From: Chthonomonas calidirosea
GTDB lineage: Bacteria > Armatimonadota > Fimbriimonadia > Fimbriimonadales > Fimbriimonadaceae
Assembly: GCA_945859975.1 (NCBI GenBank)
Contig: CAMAPH010000034.1
Coordinates: 1-31,325 of the forward strand
DNA: 31,325 nt
Direction of reading: 5' to 3'
Positions 1-7,712 of this stretch are shown piece by piece; position 1 is the stretch's first letter; each line of letters starts with the position of its first letter. The notes beneath the pieces are model-generated. The model saw nothing but the letters and a program-made list of their open reading frames with translations. It searched no databases and was not told the origin of the DNA. The translations under genes were made by a program, and so were the position numbers.

Positions 1-287
1 AAGGCGGCGTTGAGGAGGTTCTGGAGGCGCGAGGACATGGCGGAGCCGTAGCTGGTACCGCCTTGGACCTTTGGCGTTTTGGCGAGTTCGGCTTCAACTT
101 CGGTCAGGATTTGGTCGGGGTTGAGGCCGATCTTTTTGAGGAGCGGGGAAACCACGCCGTCGCCTTTTGCCAGGAGGGCCGAGATGAGGTGCTCGACGTC
201 GATGGTGGTGTGCTGGAGTCTTTCGGCAACGGATTGCGCCTCCTGCACGGCTTCTTGGGCCTTGAGGGTCAGTTTGTCCAATCGCAT
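1..287 (-). CDS. clpB: ATP-dependent chaperone ClpB, N-terminal part (runs off the window edge)
   Basis: Manual minus-strand translation from ATG at 287: MRLDKLTLKAQEAVQEAQSVAERLQHTTIDVEHLISALL...GVVSPLLKKIG...ELAKTPKVQGG...MSSRLQNLLNAA, a typical ClpB Clp-N repeat. Missing from the ORF track because it is truncated. Confidence 0.88.
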   Translation of the reverse strand, partial: MRLDKLTLKAQEAVQEAQSVAERLQHTTIDVEHLISALLAKGDGVVSPLLKKIGLNPDQILTEVEAELAKTPKVQGGTSYGSAMSSRLQNLLNAA

Positions 288-292
288 GTGGA

Positions 293-313
293 CATTAGTG
301 TAACAGGCTCAAG
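293..313 (-). promoter_or_regulatory. HAIR-like (HspR-type) operator just upstream of clpB
   Basis: Minus strand reads CTTGAGC-N7-ACTAATG versus HAIR consensus CTTGAGT-N7-ACTCAAG (6/7 and 5/7 matches, correct spacer), 5 nt upstream of the clpB ATG. Confidence 0.5.
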
Positions 314-352
314 TGACCTTATTTGGTTGCAGTCAAAGGTTTGGGACCTTTG

Positions 353-1612
353 TCAATAGTCGCCCATGACGAAGTTGAGGAGGTAGAGCATGAATCCGGT
401 TAGGCCGAGCATGGCTGCACCTACGAGGATGACAAAGATGTTGCCAGAGAAGAGGCTGATGATGAAACCCATGCCGGTAAGAAACAGGTTTAGGTACAGA
501 ACCCACTTTGCCCAAATGCCGCAGAACTCGTTTCGGACGAGGAGGCCGATGCACATTCCGACTCGGGCTACCCCAAAGAGACCTGCGACGGCAAAGAAGC
601 CGGGTTCCCACTTCACTTGCGCCCAGGCGACGATGTCCCAAACGGCGGCAAGGCCCCAGATGACGCAGATGATGTTGAACGCAATTTCTTGCCACACGTG
701 GTCCGGGCCGTCTTGGCGGCCGGCGAAGGTGCCTACGGCGCGGTTTTGGAAGTTGCAGTGGGGACAGATTGCGGCGTGGGCCATGATGGGCTGACGGCAG
801 CTCGGGCAAGGCATGGTGGCCAGCGCTTGGGGCGCTTGGTTGCCGGCGTAGACGTGACCAGTAGGGCCGGTTGATACTTGCTGTGGTCGTGCGGCCTGCT
901 GCGGCGAACTTGCCAGGGGGGCGGCGGTGTTGCCGGCGGCGAAGAGTTGCGGACTGGCGCCCATGGGTGGCATTGCGACTTGCGGCTGAATCGGGACGCT
1001 GGAAATTGGAGTCGACGATGCAGGACCGCCGATGGCCTGATACTGCGGATCCATCTTTACTTTGCCAACGAAGGTAACCAGAGGGGGCAAGCTCTTGATC
1101 GACTCATCCAGGCTGGAGAGTTCGCGGACAACCTTTCCTCGCTGACCCGTGCGGTGGAGAAACTGTAGGTAGGCATTTGCCGTGGCCGGGTTTCGCTGAT
1201 CCATTTTGTAGGCGCGGTTCAGGACCTGTTCGGCGTGCTCCTTGTCGTCGGCTTCGCTGGCTTCGCCATCCATTACAAGGGAGGCCACGAGGGCTAGTTT
1301 TGCCGGGACGTGGTTCGTTTTTAGGATGAGCGTGGTGTCGAGCTCACTCACGGCGGCGCGATGATCGCCGGAAAGGCCGAGAAGGTAGCCCAGGGTGTAG
1401 CGGACTTCGGGGTCGGCCGGCTGAATTTTGGCGGCCTTCCGGGCGGACTCGAGGGCTTCGGTGTGATTACCGAGGAGGCCTTGCGATAGGGCATAGCCAC
1501 GCAGCAGGGAAGAGCTGTTTGGCTCCTTGGAAAGCAACTCGCCGTAGATGCGAGCGGCGGTTGAATAGTCGCCGGCTTGATATGCGGCTTCAGCTTCCGG
1601 TTGAGTCACCAT
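353..1612 (-). CDS. TPR repeat protein with Pro/Gln-rich linker, zinc ribbon and C-terminal transmembrane helices
   Basis: N-terminal TPR-like helices (AYQAGDYSTAARIY...GNHTEALESARKAAKIQPADPEVRYTLG), CPSC-x10-CPHC motif, about 4 hydrophobic C-terminal segments. ATG at 1612 preferred over the track's TTG at 1645. Confidence 0.8.
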   Translation of the reverse strand: MVTQPEAEAAYQAGDYSTAARIYGELLSKEPNSSSLLRGYALSQGLLGNHTEALESARKAAKIQPADPEVRYTLGYLLGLSGDHRAAVSELDTTLILKTNHVPAKLALVASLVMDGEASEADDKEHAEQVLNRAYKMDQRNPATANAYLQFLHRTGQRGKVVRELSSLDESIKSLPPLVTFVGKVKMDPQYQAIGGPASSTPISSVPIQPQVAMPPMGASPQLFAAGNTAAPLASSPQQAARPQQVSTGPTGHVYAGNQAPQALATMPCPSCRQPIMAHAAICPHCNFQNRAVGTFAGRQDGPDHVWQEIAFNIICVIWGLAAVWDIVAWAQVKWEPGFFAVAGLFGVARVGMCIGLLVRNEFCGIWAKWVLYLNLFLTGMGFIISLFSGNIFVILVGAAMLGLTGFMLYLLNFVMGDY

Positions 1613-1713
1613 CGAATTACTCAGGATACAACTCGAAGGTTGCAAATGGGTCGATTCTTAACAATGACTTAATCATTGGCATTGAAGTCAGATTGGTTGA
1701 AGGCAGTTTGCGC

Positions 1714-2184
1714 TTAGATTACGGAATGCAGAAGCTGTTGGCTCTTCGCGTCGAGGGCGTTGATATCGCTTAACTCAAAGCGATTTCCGTCTACATCGAT
1801 GAGCATCAGGTGGGTTGGGGAGAGCCACTGGGCGTTTTCTTGGAGGGATTGGGTCACCAGTTCTCGGGTGCCACGTTCGGTCTCCACGGTCCAGTACGTT
1901 GCGCCGAATTCGGTACGAGCCTCTAGGATGGTTTGCACTTGCGCGGTTAAGTAGCGTCGAGCGAGTTCTTCGTTAGCGGCCTTAAGGCTCTCCGGATTGA
2001 GGTCTTCCAGGTTTGGCACGAGGAGGATCTCTTCTCCCTTTCCGTTCATCAAAGAGAGGTACTTCGTTGGGTGACTGAGTGGTGCCGACCAGACTGGCTT
2101 AACGGTTACAAAGGACCGGTCCTCCGCAGTTAGGCGGAGGCGGTCTTTGGGTTCGTGAAAGAGGCGAATGGTTTGCGGAGTCAT
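1714..2184 (-). CDS. DUF1854 family protein
   Basis: Motifs PLSHPTKYLSL, EELARRY, FGATYWTVETERG, LIDVDGNRF match my recollection of DUF1854. It lies downstream of an ABC transporter, as is usual for the family. Confidence 0.8.
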   Translation of the reverse strand: MTPQTIRLFHEPKDRLRLTAEDRSFVTVKPVWSAPLSHPTKYLSLMNGKGEEILLVPNLEDLNPESLKAANEELARRYLTAQVQTILEARTEFGATYWTVETERGTRELVTQSLQENAQWLSPTHLMLIDVDGNRFELSDINALDAKSQQLLHSVI

Positions 2185-2191
2185 GGCTTTC

Positions 2192-2632
2192 TCAGTTCTG
2201 AATGAGTTCTACCCATCGTTCGCCCGAGCTCGAAAGCAGGCGGAGGGCATGGGCACGTAGCCCTTGCTCTAGTCCGCATCTCTCGAAGTCTGGGTCGACG
2301 ATGGGTGCGCCAATCCTTGGCTGGCCAGGGGTGACATCCAGCAGAAGTTCGGCGATCGTTCGATCATTCAGCCGGGCTTCGAGTCGGATGTATGACCCTT
2401 CGGCTCGTTTTACCACGGCGATGCCGAGCATGGCGAGCAGACCTTCGTACGCTCTTTGTGATCTCAGCGCAGCGGCGATGGGCCGTGCACGGAGCGGATA
2501 TGGGATCGCCTGACTTTCGGTCAGGGCAGACGTCAAAGTGGGTTCGGGTTTGTTAAGTGTTTCCGTCAAAATCGTGCGAGTTGGGTTAGAGTTTCGCGCG
2601 ATCGGACCGACGCGCGAGGGGGTTGAATTCAA
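2192..2632 (-). CDS. hypothetical protein, weak GNAT-like C-terminus; start uncertain
   Basis: Open frame fills the gap between the ABC gene and DUF1854 on the same strand and ends 7 nt before the DUF1854 start. IVDPDFERCGLEQGL resembles GNAT motif A. The N-terminal ~30 aa may not be coding. Confidence 0.4.
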   Translation of the reverse strand: MNSTPSRVGPIARNSNPTRTILTETLNKPEPTLTSALTESQAIPYPLRARPIAAALRSQRAYEGLLAMLGIAVVKRAEGSYIRLEARLNDRTIAELLLDVTPGQPRIGAPIVDPDFERCGLEQGLRAHALRLLSSSGERWVELIQN

Positions 2633-2792
2633 TTTTCATTAACTTGATCATTTTGTTCACCTCGGGTTCTTGCTTCAGAACCGCTTGCGTCGTTAGGCTT
2701 CGTAGCCAGTTTGCAGTCAATTGGCAACACTGCCTGACTTCTGACGATGAGATAACACCGCGAGTTGGCCCTAGACCAGGGCCAAAGTCGTA

Positions 2793-4979
2793 CTACACAC
2801 TTCCGAGCCCAATGATCTCATTGATCGCGGTTTGAGTTTCCACCAACGTGTAAAACGCGCCCTTCTTTTCCATCAACTCTTCGTGGGTTCCGATCTCGGC
2901 GATCTCGCCGCGGTCTAACACGATAAGTCGGTTAGCGTTTCGCAGCGTGGAAAGTCGGTGAGCGATCGCGAAGGTTGTCCGTCCCTTGATGAGGCGACCA
3001 ATAGCTTCTTGAATCTGCTTTTCGGTTTCCACGTCGACCGAAGAAGTGGCTTCATCGAGGATGAGGATGCGCGGATTGTGAAGGATTGCACGGGCGATGG
3101 AAACTCGCTGACGTTCGCCGCCGGAGAGCTTGGCTCCCCGTTCTCCGACCATGCTGTCATAGCCATCCGGCTTGGCCAGAATGAAGTTGTGCGCATTGGC
3201 GGCGCGGGCGGCTTCGATGATTTCGTCGAGGGATGCACCCGGTTTGCCGTAGGCGATGTTCTCAGAGATGGAGCCATTGAACAGGAACGGTTCTTGCAGA
3301 ACGATTCCTATTTGGCGGCGCAGGTCTTGCAGTGAAATGTCGCGATAGTCGATGCCGTCGATTCTGATGATGCCCGCATCGGGTTCGTAGAAGCGACAGA
3401 TGAGGTTGATGGTCGTGGACTTTCCAGCGCCGGACTTTCCGACGAGGCCGATCATTTCGCCGGCTTCAGCGGTGAAGTCGATTCCTTTTAGAACCGGGTT
3501 CGATTTGTCGTAGCCAAAACGGACGTTTTCGAACTTGACCTGACCACTGATGTCCATCTTCTTACCGAGGTCGCCGTAGTTTTCGGCTTCGGTGTCGATG
3601 ATTTCGAAGATTCGGTCGGCACCGGCCATCGCACGGCTGAACCACTGGTTGATGGCGGAGAACCACATGAGCGGTCCGTACACCAACTGCAGGAAGGCGT
3701 TGATACGCCAGAACTCACCGAGGGTGAGTTGGCGATCATAGACCATGTACCCGCCGACGGTCCAGCAGATGAGTCCGCCCAGGGCGGTGAAGAAGGTCAT
3801 GGCGCCGAAGATCGTGTGCCAGCGAGTATCGGCCTGAACACCGGCATCGCGGAGTTCGTAGTTTCGATCTCGGAACTTGCTGTACTCCTTGTCTTCGTTC
3901 GCAAAGGCCTTGACGACGCGGATGCCGTGGAGCGATTCGTTGAGGTGGGTATGGAAGCGGGCCCACTTTTGGCCGACACGGTGGAACATCTGGGACATCG
4001 GCTTCCAGAAGAAGGCACCGATTCCGAGGATGACCGGCACGGGGGCAAGGATGCAGGCGGCCAGGAAGGCATTTGTCCAGAAGAGGAAGCCCATGATCCC
4101 GATGAGGGTGAGGCCGTTAAGGAGCAGGTAGGGAACGCCTTCTACAAGGAAGCCCCAAACGCGGTCGGTATCGCTGGTGACGCGCGAGGCGATGGCTCCG
4201 ACTTGCTTTTTATCGAAGAAGCTGAGCTGCAAGAACTCAATCGAGCGGTACACCGCGGCTCGCAAGTCGGCGGCGATGGAGCCAGCGAGGAAGCTAATGG
4301 TTCGGCCGTTGAGAATCTGAAGGCCAGAGTTCACGACGAGAACGCCGAGCCAGGCGCCCATCAGCTGCCAAAGCATCGGAAGCTCTTCGTGCTTTTGCAA
4401 CACGCGGTCGATCAACTGCCCTTGAATCATTGGAGGGAGCAAGTTGAGGATGGTGGTGAGCAGCGAAATTAAGGTGAGAAGGAGCGCTTGCTTCGTGTAC
4501 GGGTGGAGGAACTTTCCGATGCGGAGCATCGTTCGCCCTCGGTTTACGCATGCAGGGCAGACTCCGTCCTTCTCGGGAAGCAGGCGATTGCACTTGGCGC
4601 AACGAAGGCGTTCTTGTTTGAGGTTGATGGAGAGCGGTTCGCCCTTCGCCAATTGCTCGATACCGCGGGCGGCTTCGCTGAACTTGGCCGCGACGGTGAG
4701 GGAGTATGAGATGATGGGGAGGATTTCGCCGGTCTTTGTGGTGACCTCAAGGCGACCGCCGCCGACGAGGGGCTCGTTGCGGGCACTCTTAATATCGGCG
4801 ATGGGAATTTGGAACGAGACCGCGCCGCTGGTTTCTAGGACGCGAACTTGGGTGGCATCGACGATGAGGGTCCGGCTGCCGAAGCGGCCGTTTTCGGCAA
4901 AGTCTCCGATGAGCTCGATGAGGGTTTCTGAACTTGCGAGGGGGGCATCCCCGGTGCGCAGTGCGGGCGCGGTATCCAT
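2793..4979 (-). CDS. ABC exporter, fused permease + ATPase, with N-terminal extension and Zn ribbon
   Basis: Walker A GKSGAGKS, signature LSGGERQR, Walker B ILILDEATS, H-loop IAHRLST, TM domain, plus ~145-aa N-terminal extension with CAKC-x10-CPAC. Confidence 0.93.
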   Translation of the reverse strand: MDTAPALRTGDAPLASSETLIELIGDFAENGRFGSRTLIVDATQVRVLETSGAVSFQIPIADIKSARNEPLVGGGRLEVTTKTGEILPIISYSLTVAAKFSEAARGIEQLAKGEPLSINLKQERLRCAKCNRLLPEKDGVCPACVNRGRTMLRIGKFLHPYTKQALLLTLISLLTTILNLLPPMIQGQLIDRVLQKHEELPMLWQLMGAWLGVLVVNSGLQILNGRTISFLAGSIAADLRAAVYRSIEFLQLSFFDKKQVGAIASRVTSDTDRVWGFLVEGVPYLLLNGLTLIGIMGFLFWTNAFLAACILAPVPVILGIGAFFWKPMSQMFHRVGQKWARFHTHLNESLHGIRVVKAFANEDKEYSKFRDRNYELRDAGVQADTRWHTIFGAMTFFTALGGLICWTVGGYMVYDRQLTLGEFWRINAFLQLVYGPLMWFSAINQWFSRAMAGADRIFEIIDTEAENYGDLGKKMDISGQVKFENVRFGYDKSNPVLKGIDFTAEAGEMIGLVGKSGAGKSTTINLICRFYEPDAGIIRIDGIDYRDISLQDLRRQIGIVLQEPFLFNGSISENIAYGKPGASLDEIIEAARAANAHNFILAKPDGYDSMVGERGAKLSGGERQRVSIARAILHNPRILILDEATSSVDVETEKQIQEAIGRLIKGRTTFAIAHRLSTLRNANRLIVLDRGEIAEIGTHEELMEKKGAFYTLVETQTAINEIIGLGSV

Positions 4980-5139
4980 TTATGGGCTCCTAACTGGGAA
5001 GTGAAGACGGCAAAAGGAGACGATTCGAGCGTCAAAATTCGTGGCCCCGGCTGGCAACGCTCGGAGTGATGTATACCGTCTCAAAAGGTGGTTGTCAATG
5101 TCTTGGTGGCCGGTAGGATGTTGTAACGTAAGGGACAAG

Positions 5140-5976
5140 ATGAAACCGAACGAAATTGCCTTTGTCGCCTTGCCGATCGAAGCCGCCGAGGCAGACGGAG
5201 TGCGGATTCGCCGCAGCATTGGTAGCGAGCGGCTGATCATGCTTGACCCTTTTCTATTGCTGGATCACCTCACGGTTCCGGCGGGTGAGGGCTCCGAGTC
5301 AGTCGGGTTTCCACGTCACCCACACCGCGGAATTGAGACGTTAACGATTGTTCTGCGCGGGCAAGTGAACCACCGAGACTCGATTGGCAACGACGATACG
5401 ATTTCGGCAGGAGACGTGCAGTGGATGACGGCGGGTGCGGGCATCTGGCATTCCGAGATGCTCGTTGGGCATGCGGATGGGAATGATTCGATCCAGCTTT
5501 GGTTCAATTTGCCAGCGAGCGGGAAGTTTGTTTCGCCCGGTTATCTTGCGAAGTCGGCGGACTCAATTCCGGTCGTGAACATTCCGGGTGGATCGGTTCG
5601 CGTAGTTGCCGGGGAATACGCGGGAGTTTTTGGCGCGCTAGACGGGATCGCGGTGCATCCTTTGGTCTTGCATATTCACCTTAGCCCTGGTGCAAGCGTT
5701 TCGATTCCGATCCCGGCGGGCTATTCCGGCGGCGCCTATGCGGCGCGGGGAAGTTTTGGTTCGGGCGATCGAGTCTTGGAAGCAGCTCAGCTCGGGGTTT
5801 TGGGTTCAGCGGATGAAGTAGAAGTTCGAGCTTTGGAAAGTTCTGTCGATGTCGTCTTGTTTGCGGCGAAGCCGCTCAATGAGCCGGTGATGCAGTACCG
5901 GTCAGTTGTTTTGAACACGGCGGATCAGATGGCGGAGGCGGTCGACCAGATTGCGGCGGGGACTTTTCCGGATTAG
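5140..5976 (+). CDS. pirin family protein (bicupin)
   Basis: DPFLLLDH, GFPRHPHRGIET, HRDSIGN, VQWMTAGAGIWHSEM, QLWFNLP are pirin metal-binding motifs. ATG 5140 chosen as start. Confidence 0.93.
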   Translation: MKPNEIAFVALPIEAAEADGVRIRRSIGSERLIMLDPFLLLDHLTVPAGEGSESVGFPRHPHRGIETLTIVLRGQVNHRDSIGNDDTISAGDVQWMTAGAGIWHSEMLVGHADGNDSIQLWFNLPASGKFVSPGYLAKSADSIPVVNIPGGSVRVVAGEYAGVFGALDGIAVHPLVLHIHLSPGASVSIPIPAGYSGGAYAARGSFGSGDRVLEAAQLGVLGSADEVEVRALESSVDVVLFAAKPLNEPVMQYRSVVLNTADQMAEAVDQIAAGTFPD

Positions 5977-6053
5977 GGTTCCCAACATTTGGGGCCAGGT
6001 CAACATTCGTTGTACACTCCTTGGCACGGTGCTATTTGGGCATGGTGGCGAGA

Positions 6054-6338
6054 ATGAAAGCGCAAGAATTGCTTCAGCATGAGGTCAGGAAGGTTGACAC
6101 GTCGGGTCGATTGAGCCTTGGGCGAGACAAGGTGGGTGAACAATACGATGTGGACGAAGCGTCGGACGGGACGATAACGCTGACCCCGGTGGCGGTGATT
6201 CCGAAGCGTGAACTATGGTTGCATCAGAATCTGGATGCGAAAGCGAGCGTGCTACAAGGACTCGCTGATTCGGCCGCGGGTCGCAGTGAGGACGGAGGCG
6301 ACTTCGCCCAGTATCTGGACGAATCCGACGAGGGCTAG
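6054..6338 (+). CDS. putative type II antitoxin (AbrB/MazE-like fold)
   Basis: VDTSGRLSLG...DGTITLTP swapped-hairpin pattern, acidic C-terminus, 5 nt upstream of a RelE-like gene. Confidence 0.65.
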   Translation: MKAQELLQHEVRKVDTSGRLSLGRDKVGEQYDVDEASDGTITLTPVAVIPKRELWLHQNLDAKASVLQGLADSAAGRSEDGGDFAQYLDESDEG

Positions 6339-6343
6339 TTGGA

Positions 6344-6646
6344 ATGCCGTTCAAGATCAAACTTACGGACACCGCTAAGAAGCAATTAAAAGCACTTGAG
6401 GAAGGCGAGGATTCTAAAGATCTCGTTAAGCTGAAAAAGGTCCGGAAGTGTCTGGGATACCTTCAGACGAATCCCAAGCATCCAAGCCTTGAAACTCACG
6501 AGTACCGTTCGATTTCTGGAGAGCGGGGTGAGAAGGTTTGGGAAGCCTACGTCGAGAACAGAACTTCAGCGGCGTGGCGAGTGTTTTGGCACTACGGACC
6601 GGAGCAAGGCGAGATTACGATCATTGCGATTACGCCGCACCCATGA
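6344..6646 (+). CDS. putative type II toxin, RelE/ParE superfamily
   Basis: 100 aa; F-x-I-x-L-T-x-x-A-x-x-Q-L start, NPKHPSLETH, WEAYV, WRVFWHY...ITIIAITPHP. Confidence 0.72.
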   Translation: MPFKIKLTDTAKKQLKALEEGEDSKDLVKLKKVRKCLGYLQTNPKHPSLETHEYRSISGERGEKVWEAYVENRTSAAWRVFWHYGPEQGEITIIAITPHP

Positions 6647-6651
6647 AGGAA

Positions 6652-6680
6652 GGCCCTGACCTTTGGTCACGGTCAGGGCC
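6652..6680. terminator. hairpin between convergent toxin and fasciclin genes (probable terminator)
   Basis: Perfect 10-bp stem GGCCCTGACC / GGTCAGGGCC with 9-nt loop; only a weak pyrimidine tail on the minus strand. Confidence 0.55.
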
Positions 6681-6690
6681 ATCGAGGTTA

Positions 6691-7614
6691 TCAGTGAGGC
6701 ATCAGGACAGCGTCGATCACGTGGATCACGCCGTTGCTGGCAAGAACGTCCGTGGCGATGATCCGGCTGTTGTTCACCCGGAGGGTGCCTTTGTTTCGGA
6801 TTCTAACGGTCTTGCCATTGACGGTCTTTACATGGGCACCGTCTTGGAGTCGAAGCACGTTTGCGGCGAGGACTTCGGTGGGCAGAACGTGATAGGTGAG
6901 AATGCTGGTGAGGGTGTCTCGATTTTGAGGCTTGAGCAGGTCAGAGACCGTGTGACCGAGCTTTGCAAAGGCTTCATCGGTCGGGGCAAAGACGGTGAAT
7001 GGACCATCGCCCATCAGCGTTTTGGCTAAGCCAGCGGCTTCCACCGCCTTGATGAGGGTTTTGAATTGACCGGCACCTTGCGCGACTTCGACGAGATTGC
7101 TGCTTTCTCGTGCTTCCGTATCTGGAGCTTCGTTGAGTTTCGGCAGATTTGGAGGAAGAAGAACGGCATCAATGACGTGGATGACGCCGTTATCAGTGAG
7201 GATGTCTCGAGTAACGATGCGGGCGTTTCCGATCTTTGAACCGCGCTTCTCAAAGTTCAGGCTCGCGCCGTTGAGGGTGTCGAAACTCGTTTTGGATTTG
7301 ACTCGATCGAGGTTTGCGCCGAGGACTTCCTTTGGCAAAACGTGGAAGGTGAGAATCTGGGTCAGCGCGCTTTTGTTGTTTGGCTGGATGAGCTTTTCAA
7401 GCGTGCCCTTTGGAAGCGCGGCGAAAGCGGCGTCAGTTGGAGCGAAGACGGTGAGGTTAGTACCTTTGCGGAGGCTGGATTCCAACCCGGCCTTCTGGAC
7501 GGCGGCGACAAGGGTTTTGAAGTTTCCGGCTTTAACGGCGGTATCGACGATGTCTGCAGCATTTGCACTAGCAACGGTTGCTCCGAGAAGAATGAGGGTT
7601 TGTAGAGTTTTCAT
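6691..7614 (-). CDS. secreted fasciclin (FAS1) protein, two domains
   Basis: Signal peptide MKTLQTLILLGATVASANA; two copies of FKTL..A...TVFAPTD.AF...ILT.HVLP...NGVIHVIDAVL. Confidence 0.93.
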   Translation of the reverse strand: MKTLQTLILLGATVASANAADIVDTAVKAGNFKTLVAAVQKAGLESSLRKGTNLTVFAPTDAAFAALPKGTLEKLIQPNNKSALTQILTFHVLPKEVLGANLDRVKSKTSFDTLNGASLNFEKRGSKIGNARIVTRDILTDNGVIHVIDAVLLPPNLPKLNEAPDTEARESSNLVEVAQGAGQFKTLIKAVEAAGLAKTLMGDGPFTVFAPTDEAFAKLGHTVSDLLKPQNRDTLTSILTYHVLPTEVLAANVLRLQDGAHVKTVNGKTVRIRNKGTLRVNNSRIIATDVLASNGVIHVIDAVLMPH

Positions 7615-7712
7615 CTGAGTTTCGCCACCCTCATGGCGGTGGCGAAACATCATACGGAACTGATGGGTTGTGATGTTCCCATCAGTGCATTTTGTTTTTG
7701 GATCGAAGTCTT

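Noticed and set aside
288..352. CIRCE or CtsR operator upstream of clpB
   Set aside because: No TTAGCACTC-N9-GAGTGCTAA, and only one AGTCAAA heptamer rather than a CtsR direct repeat.
63..359. Plus-strand 98-aa and 74-aa ORFs
   Set aside because: Antisense shadows of the clpB 5' end, which has clear motifs on the minus strand.
2915..5004. Several long ORFs overlapping the ABC gene (for example 3729..4472 +, 2958..3335 +, 4444..5004 +)
   Set aside because: Shadow frames of a strongly supported gene in GC-rich DNA, with no motifs of their own. The same applies to the overlapping ORFs in the fasciclin, redoxin, GH and RHS genes.
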